From Octopus bimaculoides (Eukaryota): DNA of 64,000 nucleotides. Location: positions 31,270,750 to 31,334,749 of the forward strand of contig NC_068982.1 of assembly GCF_001194135.2 (NCBI RefSeq), given 5' to 3'. The position numbers were made by a program, and so were the translations under genes. Under the pieces are notes generated by a model. The model ran no database searches, was not told where the DNA came from, and worked only from the letters and a program-made list of their open reading frames with translations. Shown here in pieces: positions 37,881 through 51,979 of the stretch (position 1 is the first letter of the stretch; each line of letters starts with the position of its first letter).

Positions 37881-40145
37881 CAAGAACTATGATTTCTATT
37901 GAGAATCTCAGAAATCTCCTGCTCAAAGATAAGACTTAAGGCAGTCAAAACGATCAACCCGGCATTGAGTATATGCACATAGTACTCAACATAGCATCAA
38001 TTCACCTTATTTAAACTAACCAGAGCCAGGATTCTGACCAATCCGATTGTACTTTATTTTCGAGCTTCATCTCATTACATACAGAACATAAAACATGTTA
38101 TTACTGAATGAAAATAACTAGAATTCGTTGACGGAGACTTCATTGATGCATTGGACAAATGAAGATGTTTACCTAGATGATTCCTTACACGTTCATAAAT
38201 AATTTCTCATGAGATTGAATATATTTCCATAGTGTACGAGTTTAGATGTGAAGATGGTGATGATTTCTGTTTCGAATTTGTTTATTTTTTAATTTTTTGT
38301 AAACATTGGACTTCAGTCATGCTGAGACGAAGCATTCAAGGATTTCTTTTATTCAATCATATTGACTTTTGCACATATAACACTAAGTCACGTGTGAAGA
38401 CACGACGCCAGTTTTGAAAGTTTTAACGTACACAAACGCACAAAGACATAGAAAAACGTACATCATTCACATATACATACTGCTCATATATACAAGCACA
38501 CATGTATATACATGATTATACATACATGATTATATATACATGCATGTATATACGGTAAAATTATTGCGAGTTTCTGTATCCCAATACACCTAATTGCTTT
38601 ACATTGTCGCTCAACACAGAATCACTTGTTAACATAGCTAACTTCAGAATCACACATGCACCTATTATATACAAGCATTTTGAATTTGGTGATGCATAAC
38701 TTCTACCAGCCCTTCTTGACCTTGACCTGACCTATGTTCAGAAGCTTTTCTGCTGTGAGTAATATATCCTTCCTTTTTTAAAATGACAGGTTTAGACGTT
38801 GAGTAGAAATTACATGCTTTTTTTTTCTTGCCAGTTGTGAAGTAACTTAGAGACTTTCGCGTTAGTTCGTTTGTTGGGAATACATTTCGCTGGTCAACTG
38901 TTTTGCATTTTCTTGGTGGAATCTGTTTTTAATGCTTTAGTTGATACTTTGTTGATTTCAATATTATACATTAGTTATTATTGCAATATTATTGAGCCCC
39001 TTTCCCAGAGCAGTTGGAGGGAGGCAAAATTCAAAACAGCTTGCGATAAAACGGAGTGTGACATTAAACTCCGTACTTTTATCGTCTGAGTTCGCTTTCA
39101 ACTCTGGTCAATTTCGATATTATCTTTTTATGAGACAATAAATTTAGTAACATTGTAATAATGAACCTCCTTTTAATCGACTATACCAGACCATCAATAT
39201 TCATGATCTTGTTGTTATTGTTGTTTGCGAATGTAGTTTCTTTGTAATACCAGCTCAGCGCTAATTGATCAAATATCTGATTGAAAGTTATTTAGGCATA
39301 ACCATTTGTTTTGAGAGTTATCAAGGACCACGTAATATAAATTATCGTTCATCGATTTACAACGATGGGATGATTTGAGAATGATGTGGCTGCTGCCTCT
39401 AACAAGCGCGGCCACAATGTAGAGGCTCCTTCGGTGTTTGATTTTCGATTGACATTGCTATCGTAATCTTTTGTAAATTTCCTTGATTTTACTGGGGTTT
39501 CATAACGCCTTCGTAAACTTGAACATGGTTGCAGTTACGTACCTAATCTTAACCAACATGTCTTTATTTGTTTCGAGCAAAATATTTATACGTCATTTAA
39601 GTTTTTAGTGGCTTTAAGGTGGGACTTGAAGAAGAGAGAGATTCAGCTGGCATTTCTATTAGATCAATCAACTACAAATAGACTCACGATCCACAAGTTG
39701 TTATGGTGTTGTTCGCAACGCTACTTTTGATAATATTATAGATGTTGTTTATGTTAATACAGTTAATGCAGTAACGTTACTGGTAATAATCTTGTTGTCG
39801 ATGCTAGCAATATTTTGATTGCCATTGTGGAAATACAACAGCTGTTGGAAGTTATTGTCGGTGTCCATTTTTGAGCTTGTTCATGTTGGTATTTTTATAA
39901 CCGAGTTTCATTTTCTTGAGGTTACTCTTATAACTAATAATGTACGCTTTATGTTGTGGCTACAAATATCGCATATTTTAATCATGTATTTGTTATTTTT
40001 TCTACTACTGTTGATGTAGCTTTCGTTAAATTGGACAGAAGATTGGAAGAAAATAAAGTTATAAAAGTTATTTTAAAATCTATTGAAACACAGTATATTA
40101 AGTTTGTCTCTAGTGTTTTTGTCAGATAGAACTATCGTTGCTCTT

Positions 40146-40449
40146 ATGATGATGATGATGATGATGATGATGTTGTTGTTGTTGTTATCCTCAAAATCAT
40201 CATCACTGCTTCCATTACTATCAGCACCACCACCACCAATAACAACAACAACAATAACACCACCACCACCACCACCACCACCACCAAAACATCACCATAG
40301 TCATCGTGATAAATTTCATTATCATTATTATCATTATTCACAGCAGCATTTTTATAATTCGTGAATTAGTATACGTGTACTTCGTTGATTTCAGTAGCAC
40401 GTAAAATAGTGATAGTGGTGGAAATGGTACTCATGTTGGTGCTGTTGTA

Positions 40450-40482
<33 letters not shown>

Positions 40483-40600
40483 GGTGTTGGTGGTGGTGGC
40501 GGTGGTGGTTTTTGCGGCGGCGGCGATGGTGGTGGTGATGATGATTACGATAAGGAGGAGTAGGGAGTTGATCGGAGTGGTGGCTATCATGCTGAGTTAT
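40146..40600. repeat. Mosaic trinucleotide repeat field (GAT, GTT, CAC/CAA, then GTT/GGT)
   Basis: Successive microsatellite blocks are directly visible. Confidence 0.85.
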
Positions 40601-40828
40601 GTCAAAAAATAACTCAAGAAGAGAGAAACAAGCATGACAACAAAAGAAATGGCGGAAAGATATTTCACCATCAAAATAAACTTTTTGAAAAATAGCATGT
40701 GTCTATCAGTGTGTCCTTTGCGTTTGAAATAATGTTTAAATAAGGCCAAATGCATCAAAACTCAATAATATGCTTAAAATACATGAATATGATGCAGTTA
40801 CGTTTATGTTTCAAATCTGAAACGAATG

Positions 40829-41197
40829 GGCGCAGCAGTGGCTGTGTGGTAAGTAGCTTGCTTACCAACCGCATGGTCCCGGTTCAGTCCTACTGCGTGG
40901 CACCTTGGGTAAGTATCTTCTACTATAGCCTCGGGCCGACCAAAGCTTTGTAAGTGGATTTGGTAGACGGAAAATGAAAAGAAGCCCGTCATATATATGT
41001 ATATGTGTGTGCTTGTGTGTCTGTGTTTGCCCCCCCCCCGCCCCAACATCACTTCACAACCGATGCTGGTGTGTTTACGTCCCCGTAACTTAGCGGGCGG
41101 TTCGGCAAAAGAGTCCGATAGAATAAGTACTAGGCTTACAAAGAATAAGTCTTGGGGTCGATTTTCTCGACTAAAAGCGGTGCTCCAGCATGGCCGA
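40829..41197 (+). mobile_element. SINE family B, full-length copy
   Basis: tRNA-like head GGCGCAGCAGTGGCTGTGTGGTAAG..GGTTCAGTCC (A/B boxes), CACCTTGGGTAAGT, internal TA/TG microsatellite, and 3' GGGGTCGAT..GGTGCTCCAGCATGGCC. Confidence 0.9.
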
Positions 41198-41864
41198 GAA
41201 TGAATTAAGAAATATTTTTAAGATTGAAAGCACGTTTATAGAAGTGCTGTTTATCAATACAGTGCTTCTATAGTATGTAAATATGTGTATATGCATCTGT
41301 GCATACATACCAATATAAAGCACATAGAAACATATCAACTTAGGTAGATAAATTATGCATTCACTTTCACAAATATGTGAATACTTACCAAACGCATAAA
41401 CACGCACATATTTCCATAACTACTATAGTTACATATTTCTACCAAATAATAAGAACAAGACGTTACAGTGTCTAGAAATAATACTTATTTATTCAATAGT
41501 TTAATTATTAAGTACTGTATATGTTTCGCGGTTACAATCTTGTAAAAGAGTCTTTTCATAAAGTGCTTAATAAGTATACGAAGATGTAATATTTGCTCGA
41601 AGTCTGATATCAGCCGTTTCGATCTTTTCTATCTTCACTAGGAGAGGTATAGGCTCTAAACTGGTCATCAAGTTTCTTTTATAGAATATTCAACTGAGCC
41701 AGAGGCAAAATAATGAACTTATATGTCATAATGCAATGAAATGGAATGGTACTGTTTAGTAATGTTACTACACTTACTGACTGCGAAAATGCGAAAGACA
41801 AGTTCAAACAAACCTCTTCAGAATTTGAACTCATTACGTAAAAAGCACAAAACTAATAGTTTAC

Positions 41865-41948
41865 CAAATGTTTTAAGGACTCTACCATTTCGTGGCCTTT
41901 GGCTTGATAAATATTCTTGTGCTATAAATAATGGAGAGCTGGTCAATA
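41865..41948 (-). CDS. Candidate 84-nt phase 1-1 exon
   Basis: Strong acceptor ttttcacattcccttacAG and donor TTTG|GTAAAC. The frame xLTSSPLFIAQEYLSSQRPRNGRVLKTF is open. No homology was recognised. Confidence 0.25.
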
Positions 41949-42543
41949 CTGTAAGGGAATGTGAAAATAGTATACTGTAACAACTAGGTTAAATATGTAT
42001 GAAATATGGATGTAGTTCATATGTTTGATATATGTATTCCAGCACATTTTCTCACCATGAAATGCAGTGGTTTTTTGAATGTTAGTAATTTTGGCAAATC
42101 TTATCCTGAATATGACGCTACACTGTGAAAACACAGCACCAATAATCCGATTCAATTCCTGATGCAACATCTGATTATCCAGTATTCTAATAACTTCGAC
42201 GTATGTAACCGTATCTCGGTCCATACTTGTGTTAAATCTGTACAATACTCCTACTGTATTTTTACTAAACATCTTTTTCTCTATTTTTATTTTCTTCTTT
42301 GGTTTGGAACTATGTATAACATTCCCTGAACTAATTTTCCTTTTCTGTTTTTTTTTCATTTTATTTATTTTATTTATTCTTTTGTTTTGTTACAGATATT
42401 GCAAGTGTAGCGTCTCTCCACTTTAATTTATTACGAGTTTGTCCAACCTAGACTATAATGTCAGCTAAAATTACCTCTTTCTCACGCAATATCTGCATAT
42501 GGATGCGTGTATATGTTAGTGATTGTGCATGCATGAATGTGTG

Positions 42544-42624
<81 letters not shown>

Positions 42625-43699
42625 TTATAGGTATATGTGTGCATGGATCCATATATCACGGCAAAGTAAAACTATGCCCTCATTTAATATCAACACTCAT
42701 ATTTCAGTTAATAGTGCTAACATTTGATATGGATATGCTTGACGCATGCAGAAGTATATCAATATATACTAGATGTATACAAATAGCAATTCCGCTTATA
42801 GTAGTAATATTTGTTATATCAGTATATGAGTTCAGTATTTGATTAAATCCTTCGCTTTGTAAACAGACGATTTCTATATTCAATTTGAAAATATTTGATT
42901 TCATCAATTGTCTAAACAGTCATTATCGCTTTTTGTTACACAGAAAGTGTCTGACACATAACGAATGTGTCAGGTATTCAAAATCAACTCCAGCCATTTG
43001 AACATGAAACAAATGTAGCTTACGAGGGTAACTTCCCGTGGTTGCTCGACCTGATAGAGACAGCAGCCAAATTGTCTGAGAAAAGGAAAGTAGATATGTA
43101 AGGGGCATGCATGGAATTATCTTTCATTATGTCAGCTCAAATTTTACAGGGGAATAAAATCGCAAGAACAACAAAGATTACATCAGCGTCAAGTTAGAAA
43201 ATAGGTGACCGTAAACTTATACTTCAAACTTTAATGGGAATTTACGATACAACAACATCAAAAAATACCAAGAAGCTTTACGAATGTCTGTTAGCGTATT
43301 GCAGACATATAACGTAAATAACTACGTTACAAAATCTAAACAAGTCAATATTAAATAGAGGAAATAATATAGAGAGGTATTGAAATATTTGTTAATGTAA
43401 GTAAGGAGCGTTTTTAAGAAAGATTTTGCAAATGTACGCTTGCTTCGTATTAATCTTTAAATTGAATATCTAAAAGCGACTTGCCTATAATATTAATAGC
43501 ATGAACATACTCAAAATAAAGAAAGACGAACTACATGTTCAATGCAATTCAAGTTCAAACATTATTAGAAATAAACAGACTTTTCACTACGCTGAGCTTG
43601 ACAAAATACATGCCAGCAATATCACGTGTGTTTTGTTCTTTACCCTGTTACATAATTTCTCCTACAACAGCATCCTTGGGTGAAATGAACATAATTTTA

Positions 43700-44337
43700 T
43701 CGACTACAGGCACAAGGTCTGAAACTTTTTGGGAAGGGATAATCGAGTCACTTATTTCATTTACCCTGAAAGGATGAAAGGTAAAGACGACTTTAGCGAA
43801 ATTTGAACTCGTAACACGAAGCCGGACAAATATTCTTTTCTACTCAAGGCACAAGGCCCGAAAGTCTTGGGGAGGGACGCCAGTCGATTAAGTCGACTCC
43901 AGTACGCAACTGGTACTTAATTTATTGACGCCGAGAGGATGAAAGGCAAAGTCGATCGCGATGGAATTTGAACTCAGAACATAAAGACAGACGAAATACT
44001 GTTAAGCATTTCGCCATGAATTCTAACGTTTCTTATTTCTTTATTGCCCACAAAGGGCTAAACATAGACGGGGCAAACAAGGACAGACAAAGGAATTAAG
44101 TCAATTACATCGCCCGCAGTACGTAACTGGTACTTAATTTAACGACCCCTAAAGGATGTAAAGCAAAGTGGACCTCGGCGGAATTTGAATTCAGAACGTA
44201 ACGGCAGACGAAATACCGCTAAGCGTTTCGCCCGGCGTGCTAACGTTTCTGCCAGCTTGTCGCCTTAAAACCGGACAAAATACTGCCAAACATATTTTCG
44301 ATGTGCTAGTGATTCTGTCAGTACGCTAAAAATAACA
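43700..44337 (-). mobile_element. Dimeric SINE A (43833-44270) inserted into an older SINE A copy
   Basis: Two tandem family A units are flanked by CCGGACAAA (43822-43830 and 44271-44279). The flanks join into one older degenerate SINE A (43700-43830 plus 44280-44337). Confidence 0.8.
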
Positions 44338-44711
44338 TTACAATTAACTCTAAAAAAAAAAATTTATACTTACTTCCACTATATAAATATTTCCCTGGCT
44401 TGAGCATGAATTTGTCATAGGTAAGATTTCCAAAGATTCAGACACTTATAATAATGTGTCTGAATCAGCCTGTTAAAAGAAAATTATTGAGAAACAAAAA
44501 TNNNNNNNNNNNNNNNNNNNNNNNNNNNNNNNNNNNNNNNNNNNNNNNNNNNNNNNNNNNNNNNNNNNNNNNNNNNNNNNNNNNNNNNNNNNNNNNNNNN
44601 NNNNNNNNNNNNNNNNNNNNNNNNNNNNNNNNNNNNNNNNNNNNNNNNNNNNNNNNNNNNNNNNNNNNNNNNNNNNNNNNNNNNNNNNNNNNNNNNNNNN
44701 NNNNNNNNNNN

Positions 44712-44755
<44 letters not shown>

Positions 44756-45565
44756 CATGTGCGTGTGTGTGTGTGTGTGTGTGTGTATTTATATGTATAT
44801 ATATGACTAATATATTAACGCAGAAATTTGTAGTACTCTTGTGCTGCAGTACGTGTTCAATAACAAAAACAAAACAAAGAAAAGGAATAGAAACATTAGG
44901 AAAAAGCATATTTTTACCCCCCAAAAAAAGCTGCACAAAATATCGGAATCTTTCCATAATTTATGACGTTTTAGATCACAATGTGATCAAATTTTATCGA
45001 TTAAGGAAGATAATTGAAGACACGTCACTAAATCTATATACCAAGCAAAGTTTCAAAATGTTATAAGAAATCTATAAACCAGTCAAGATTTTAGAATGCT
45101 TGATTAATTGATAAATGAGAAGAATCGATAACAGTGAATGAAGACAAGAGAGAAAACTCGGACAAGTTAATATCTGATTGTGGGAAATATTCCACTTGAA
45201 TTTGAAATGTTTGTAAAAGGAAGATGTATAAATTTCAAGATTAATCACTTCCTTAAACTATGAAATGAAGACTTGTTACCTGGTTTCCTCATTAATGTTA
45301 TGGAAAGCTTCTTAAGCTGTCAATTCTTCCTGTCCATTTTATTATCTTGTTTTCTCATTAGACTAATCTAAGTCTTCTATAATTATTACTAATACCAATC
45401 CATTTTATGGCCTCGTTTTCTCAATTAAACAGTTTATCGGTTTTATTTTACTGAGCTTACTTTTTCTTCTTCAAAGATGTAATCGGATGTGTGTATATGT
45501 ATTTTCTTCTAATATAATTAAAAGAAATTACACCTTTTTATTTTCAACGCAAATTATATGAAATG

Positions 45566-45628
<63 letters not shown>

Positions 45629-46571
45629 TGTGTGTGTGTGTTTGAAAGTAATAACTGGTGGATTCATTATCACAAGTCTGTAAGAGTACTTTCTAAATAT
45701 GTCTAATAGTCTTCCTGAAAGAAGCAAAAACACGTATTTCTACATTATATTAGAAATGAAGATATCTCTGTGATTGAACCATCAGTCTCCAATGACTCAT
45801 CTCGAAGCTATTTCATTGTTATCATTATACGTTACCCTGTTGATATGAGCTTCCTTACTCTATTCAAACTTCACTTTTGCTAAAACACTATCAATACATC
45901 AATTATCCTTCATTATACAGTGTGCTTTATTTTGAATCTTCCTCAGTTTAGATACATTGAAATGGAAACTATATACACATAGTTATTCTAGCAAAGCCAA
46001 TACTCTGTCCTATGTACCAAACTATACTCTCAATCAAACTATGATAATATAAAATAATTACAGGCCCAATAATTTCTACTCAGAGAAATAGCGATGAATT
46101 ATTTCTGTTTCAAAGAACCATGTCTATTTGGTTAGAGTATATTCGTAATTTATGAGAATTATTTGATCTCCTAAATGTAATTACGATTTTATTAGCAGTG
46201 AAAACGTAGTAGCTGAATTAATTTGTGCCATATCACTTTTAATAACACTACAAATAGCCTAAATACTTAATTTAAATGTAGTTAGGTCTAATAAGTTAAA
46301 ATAAAAGACTTTTCTTTCTGACGGAGTAGGAAGAATATATTGGAAATGAAATTTCTCTTCACATTTCATCAATCAAGTGGAAATTATTACTTTAAAAAGA
46401 AGATGTGATGGCTTTTCTACAATATCGTTCTAAGAGACTCAAGTTCAAACACTGTCTGAAAGGTATAATGTGCCTCTAAATATTGTAATATATATATATA
46501 TGAACATATGAATAGTGACTAGTTGATATGTTTCTTAAATACTCCCTTTTTAACCTTAAGTAAACGTTTAG

Positions 46572-46660
46572 GCTAGGACCAGATTTAAACTATTGGGCGG
46601 CCGGTGCACTTCAGATCCGGTGGGCTCCCTCATGCACAAGGTTTTAAATTTTGGAAAATT
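46572..46660 (+). mobile_element. Possible hAT-type MITE terminus fragment
   Basis: TAGGACCAGATTTAAACTATTGGGCGGCC.. resembles the CAGGGCCGGATTT..GGGCC ends of hAT MITEs. No partner TIR was seen. Confidence 0.3.
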
Positions 46661-47456
46661 AGCAAATTTATATCTCAAAACCCATCTATCGCATGCAAAC
46701 TTAAATAAAAGATCGAAAAGGTCGCCTTATAGAAGCATTTTTCAAAATTCAAATAATCTTCTTTACACATTCACTTGCAGTGTTTGATTCTTCTTTCATT
46801 GCGAAAAGTACACTGAAGTAGGGAAGAGAGGGTAAGATTCTTTTTCTTTAACGCGAGTTACAAATGTTTCAGAATGTAAAATACGATAAAATTACAGAAA
46901 ATAACGAAAAAGCAAAATATAACATTTTAGAGATTGTTGTTCCAAAGGTATGATGAGTGAGTTTTTGCGAAGGGAGAGACAAAAACGTATTGCATCGAGT
47001 AAGCTATGTTATTCAATATATACAGTATACAGTTATGAACTACTGATAGTTTTATGCTTTGGAGATATAGTCTAGGCAAATTTTCATAACATGCCTTGTG
47101 TCTCTTAGCACTCTTAAGGGTCTGAGTTCAAAGCCTATACAATTTACAAATGAAGACGCTAGAACAAGGGAAATCACGCAAAACAACAAGATGGATGCAA
47201 AAAGTGGAACAGTGAAAGAAAAGGGAGGTAGAACAAAAAGAAAAATACAGTTATATTCCATTTTGCTGTAAAGCCATAATAAATGGCGTTGTAGAATGAA
47301 TCAACGGAAATGGGTTGAAATTCAGCGATGCAGCTGCTCAATCCGGAGACGGTGGTCTCCTTCAAAAAGAAATATTTTCGTTTGGCGATTTAATAACGAG
47401 TTTTGACTGTTATTTCAAGCAGGTAGACATACTTAGTATGTCCTTTGATTAATTTG

Positions 47457-47495
<39 letters not shown>

Positions 47496-48814
47496 AGTAT
47501 GTATGTATGTATGTATGTATTGATATAGATACATACATACATACATGCATAGATACATACATACATACATACACACATACATACATACATACATACATAC
47601 AGACATACGCATATACACACACATATATATATATATATATTTGTATGTGTGTGTTCGAATAGAATATGACTAAAAAGTACGCAATACATTTAAAGTGCAA
47701 AGTCAATGTTCTTTTAAGTAGGTCAGTGTTTTCTCGATATTAGTGAAGAGTCCGTGTGTTTGTTGCTGAGAGAACCAATTAAGAAGATATTAGAAATATA
47801 TCGGGAAGGAACACAGTTGGTGGAGCGCCTATTGGTTAGCAAATGGATAATGAATCCAGAGAGAGTTATTCCTTTACGCATACCTACACAAGTATATGTA
47901 TGCATTTGCAGACATACATTGACGCTCATACAAAGACAAACACGCACACAAACATACAGGCACGGTCATTATTATAAATAATCTCAATATAAAAACATTA
48001 TTCATTTCAAGAAGCAGAACAGTATTATACAGTCATTTATATATGTATATATATATATATATATATATNNNNNNNNNNNNNNNNNNNNNNNNNNNNNNNN
48101 NNNNNNNNNNNNNNNNNNNNNNNNNNNNNNNNNNNNNNNNNNNNNNNNNNNNNNNNNNNNNNNNNNNNNNNNNNNNNNNNNNNNNNNNNNNNNNNNNNNN
48201 NNNNNNNNNNNNNNNNNNNNNNNNNNNNNNNNNNNNNNNNNNNNNNNNNNNNNNNNNNNNNNNNNNNNNNNNNNNNNNNNNNNNNNNNNNNNNNNNNNNN
48301 NNNNNNNNNNNNNNNNNNNNNNNNNNNNNNNNNNNNNNNNNNNNNNNNNNNNNNNNNNNNNNNNNNNNNNNNNNNNNNNNNNNNNNNNNNNNNNNNNNNN
48401 NNNNNNNNNNNNNNNNNNNNNNNNNNNNNNNNNNNNNNNNNNNNNNNNNNNNNNNNNNNNNNNNNNNNNNNNNNNNNNNNNNNNNNNNNNNNNNNNNNNN
48501 NNNNNNNNNNNNNNNNNNNNNNNNNNNNNNNNNNNNNNNNNNNNNNNNNNNNNNNNNNNNNNNNNNNNNNNNNNNNNNNNNNNNTATATAATACACATAC
48601 GTAGGGAGAATGAGAAAAAGAATGAGAGAGGGAGAGAGAGAGAGATGGTTTGTTTCAGAGTTGGATACAACTGTATGTTATCCGCTGTTGGTTACATGAT
48701 TTTTAGACACAATAATAACATCAAGAACAAAGTAGCAAAATCAACACCATGCACAAGATTAGATGACACCTTCCAATATATTATATATTAAGATGAGTGT
48801 GTGTGTGTGTGTAT

Positions 48815-48899
<85 letters not shown>

Positions 48900-49152
48900 C
48901 ATACAGAGAAAGAGGGGAAGGGTCAGATAGATAGCTAGATAGATAGATAGGTAGATTGATAGGTAAATAGATGGATGGATGGATGGATGGATAGATAATA
49001 AATATATGGTATACACCTGGCTGGCAGCGTACTGGTAAAGCACGTTCAGTTTCACAGTGTTCATTAGGTATTTGAATTATGAAAGATGGAAGATACGAAA
49101 ATGTTTATTAAATACTACAATTGTTTCGACTCATCTAGCATCGATCCCTCAC

Positions 49153-49249
49153 CGGTGGGATACTTAGAATCTGGTTTAGGAGTATCCAACGATCTAGATG
49201 TTACTGTTCGGGTGATTACAAGTTGTATTCTGTTATTAGAACGACTGTT
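49153..49249 (-). CDS. Candidate 97-nt phase 0-1 exon
   Basis: Acceptor gatatcttgcAG and donor ACCG|GTGAGG. Only one frame is open: NSRSNNRIQLVITRTVTSRSLDTPKPDSKYPT. Confidence 0.25.
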
Positions 49250-51092
49250 CTGCAAGATATCTTTTCGGAACAGCAGTACATAGAGGATACAGCTTCATTT
49301 TTGTATAAGACCAATAATCAATAACGGATGCAAAAATTAGCGAAAAGACAATACAGCGGAAAAAGTATTAAATATGACCATTAATAGATATGGTTGTATA
49401 AACGTCCTCGCTTTGGTTGCACTGCACACGTACACTCGCTCCTACAAACATCCATGAAGATATAAGCATACGCACATGCATCGTTTCGCGCATATACGCT
49501 TACATGGCAATTTAATTATTTATAAGTTTATAAAGTATGGAGAAGGTAGAGTTAAACTTAATTAATCTATACCTCAATGTAAATTGTGAATATTAATTTG
49601 GTTAACGGTTACTCAAATTTGTAGCAATTTCTTTTTTCTCCAGATAGAAACAGCAATAGTTTTATGTGCCTTTCTGTCACGGCAATATTTTTGATGACTT
49701 AAATTTCTCGTACATAAAGAGCTTTTGGTTCAAGCTATTCGAGGTGCATTTTTGAAAAGTCATTAAACCTCCAGGAAGTTATATGAAATGTCGATTGTGC
49801 CACAAGAGAATAGAATATAATACTCACATCATCAATCACCATCCAAATATATCCGCAAATACTGTTGCCTTTCCCAGACATGAAGTTGCCAAAACTATCA
49901 ACAATTCTACACGGTGTGAATACATTTGGCTAGGGACCAGAAGTCGTGCACTGCTTTAGAGATCAACAGACAGGTGGGTATGAAAGTTTGTTCAAAAATT
50001 GGAGAAAATGTGATAATCTAGAGAGAACTGACAAACAAACTCATGGTATAGATTCCATGTACACCTATTATTTGTACTGGTCTATGCAAGAACACAATTG
50101 CATCGAGTCTAAAAATGCTAGATTACCCTAAGAAAGAGCAGCAAGAAGCATTTATCTTTCTCTAGATATTATTTGTGAATCATTCCAGGGATTCTCCATT
50201 TAATGTTCATGGAACAAGGTAAGGAAAAACGGATCAAGTATTAATTGAATACACATCCAGACCCAAATATATTCGTACATATACACATGCGTACACGCAC
50301 ACATACACACATGCATATATATATATATATATNNNNNNNNNNNNNNNNNNNNNNNNNNNNNNNNNNNNNNNNNNNNNNNNNNNNNNNNNNNNNNNNNNNN
50401 NNNNNNNNNNNNNNNNNNNNNNNNNNNNNNNNNNNNNNNNNNNNNNNNNNNNNNNNNNNNNNNNNNNNNNNNNNNNNNNNNNNNNNNNNNNNNNNNNNNN
50501 NNNNNNNNNNNNNNNNNNNNNNNNNNNNNNNNNNNNNNNNNNNNNNNNNNNNNNNNNNNNNNNNNNNNNNNNNNNNNNNNNNNNNNNNNNNNNNNNNNNN
50601 NNNNNNNNNNNNNNNNNNNNNNNNNNNNNNNNNNNNNNNNNNNNNNNNNNNNNNNNNNNNNNNNNNNNNNNNNNNNNNNNNNNNNNNNNNNNNNNNNNNN
50701 NNNNNNNNNNNNNNNNNNNNNNNNNNNNNNNNNNNNNNNNNNNNNNNNNNNNNNNNNNNNNNNNNNNNNNNNNNNNNNNNNNNNNNNNNNNNNNNNNNNN
50801 NNNNNNNNNNNNNNNNNNNNNNNNNNNNNNNNNNNNNNNNNNNNNNNNNNNNNNNNNNNNNNNNNNNNNNNNNNNNNNNNNNNNNNNNNNNNNNNNNNNN
50901 NNNNNNNNNNNNNNNNNNNNNNNNNNNNNNNNNNNNNNNNNNNNNNNNNNNNNNNNNNNNNNNNNNNNNNNNNNNNNNNNNNNNNNNNNNNNNNNNNNNN
51001 NNNNNNNNNNNNNNNNNNNNNNNNNNNNNNNNNNNNNNNNNNNNNNNNNNNNNNNNNNNNNNNNNNNNNNNNNNNNNNNNNNNNNNNNNNNN

Positions 51093-51132
<40 letters not shown>

Positions 51133-51273
51133 ATATGTATAAGTATATATTTGTGCGTGTATGTATGTGTGTGTGTTTTTCTGTATCTTTCATGTACACG
51201 GGATTAACCTGGACATTTGAGTGTTATTCATGCTTAATTTACTTTTTCAGTTCTTTTATTATTATTATTATTA

Positions 51274-51320
<47 letters not shown>

Positions 51321-51912
51321 ATTATTATTATTATTGTTACTATTATTGGGAATCAACTAAAAGCTCAGTACATTTGGTAAAATCATTATATAATCCCAGT
51401 CTAGGACCTTGACTTACTCAAAATTTTGTATCCTTGTCATTGGAAATTTCTCAAACATTTATTGCGTCTATTATATGGAAACGTGTTTCATGCCATTGTG
51501 CCTCGAATAAACGCTAGTTTAGCAAATTCGAAATGTGCACATGTAATTTTTACGTATACTAATACTAACATGTACAGCTATACATACACACTCATTCAAA
51601 CACAGAAACAATTTATCAAACAACTCACAGGCATTCACACAGCCTCAGACACACACTGTCTTCTGCACACACATATGGAATGATACACACATACACTGAT
51701 ATATATGTGTACATGTATGAATGTCTGAAATAATGCGACTAAAGATTATTCATTATTGTTTGCATCGAGTTTCATGTCTGCAGGACATTCATCAGACAAT
51801 GTTTTTATCAGCAAAAATTTTCCAAAGACTTTCTAAAATTTTGGCTTAATAAACACGGAGAACATAAGCCCAAAATATATAATCTGTGGTTTTCATTGCT
51901 TTATACGCATAT

Positions 51913-51979
<67 letters not shown>

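Noticed and set aside
37642-37939. Poly-Asp, poly-His and poly-Met ORFs resembling acidic biomineralisation proteins
   Set aside because: All frames are homopolymeric because of a (GAT)n tract, and there is no signal peptide or convincing splice context.
40829-40900. tRNA-like A/B-box sequences (also at 13336, 34458 and 54625)
   Set aside because: These are SINE heads that continue into SINE bodies; no complete cloverleaf tRNA gene is present.
43700-44337. Repeated units that could be mistaken for a CRISPR-like array
   Set aside because: The units are ~200-bp SINE monomers with no constant short repeat and unique spacer periodicity, there are no cas genes, and the context is eukaryotic.
47720-47890. 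QCFLDISEESVCLLLREPIKKILEIYREG.., faintly PTB-domain-like
   Set aside because: The resemblance is weak, the donor site is unclear, and the antisense frame is equally open. It cannot be supported without a search.
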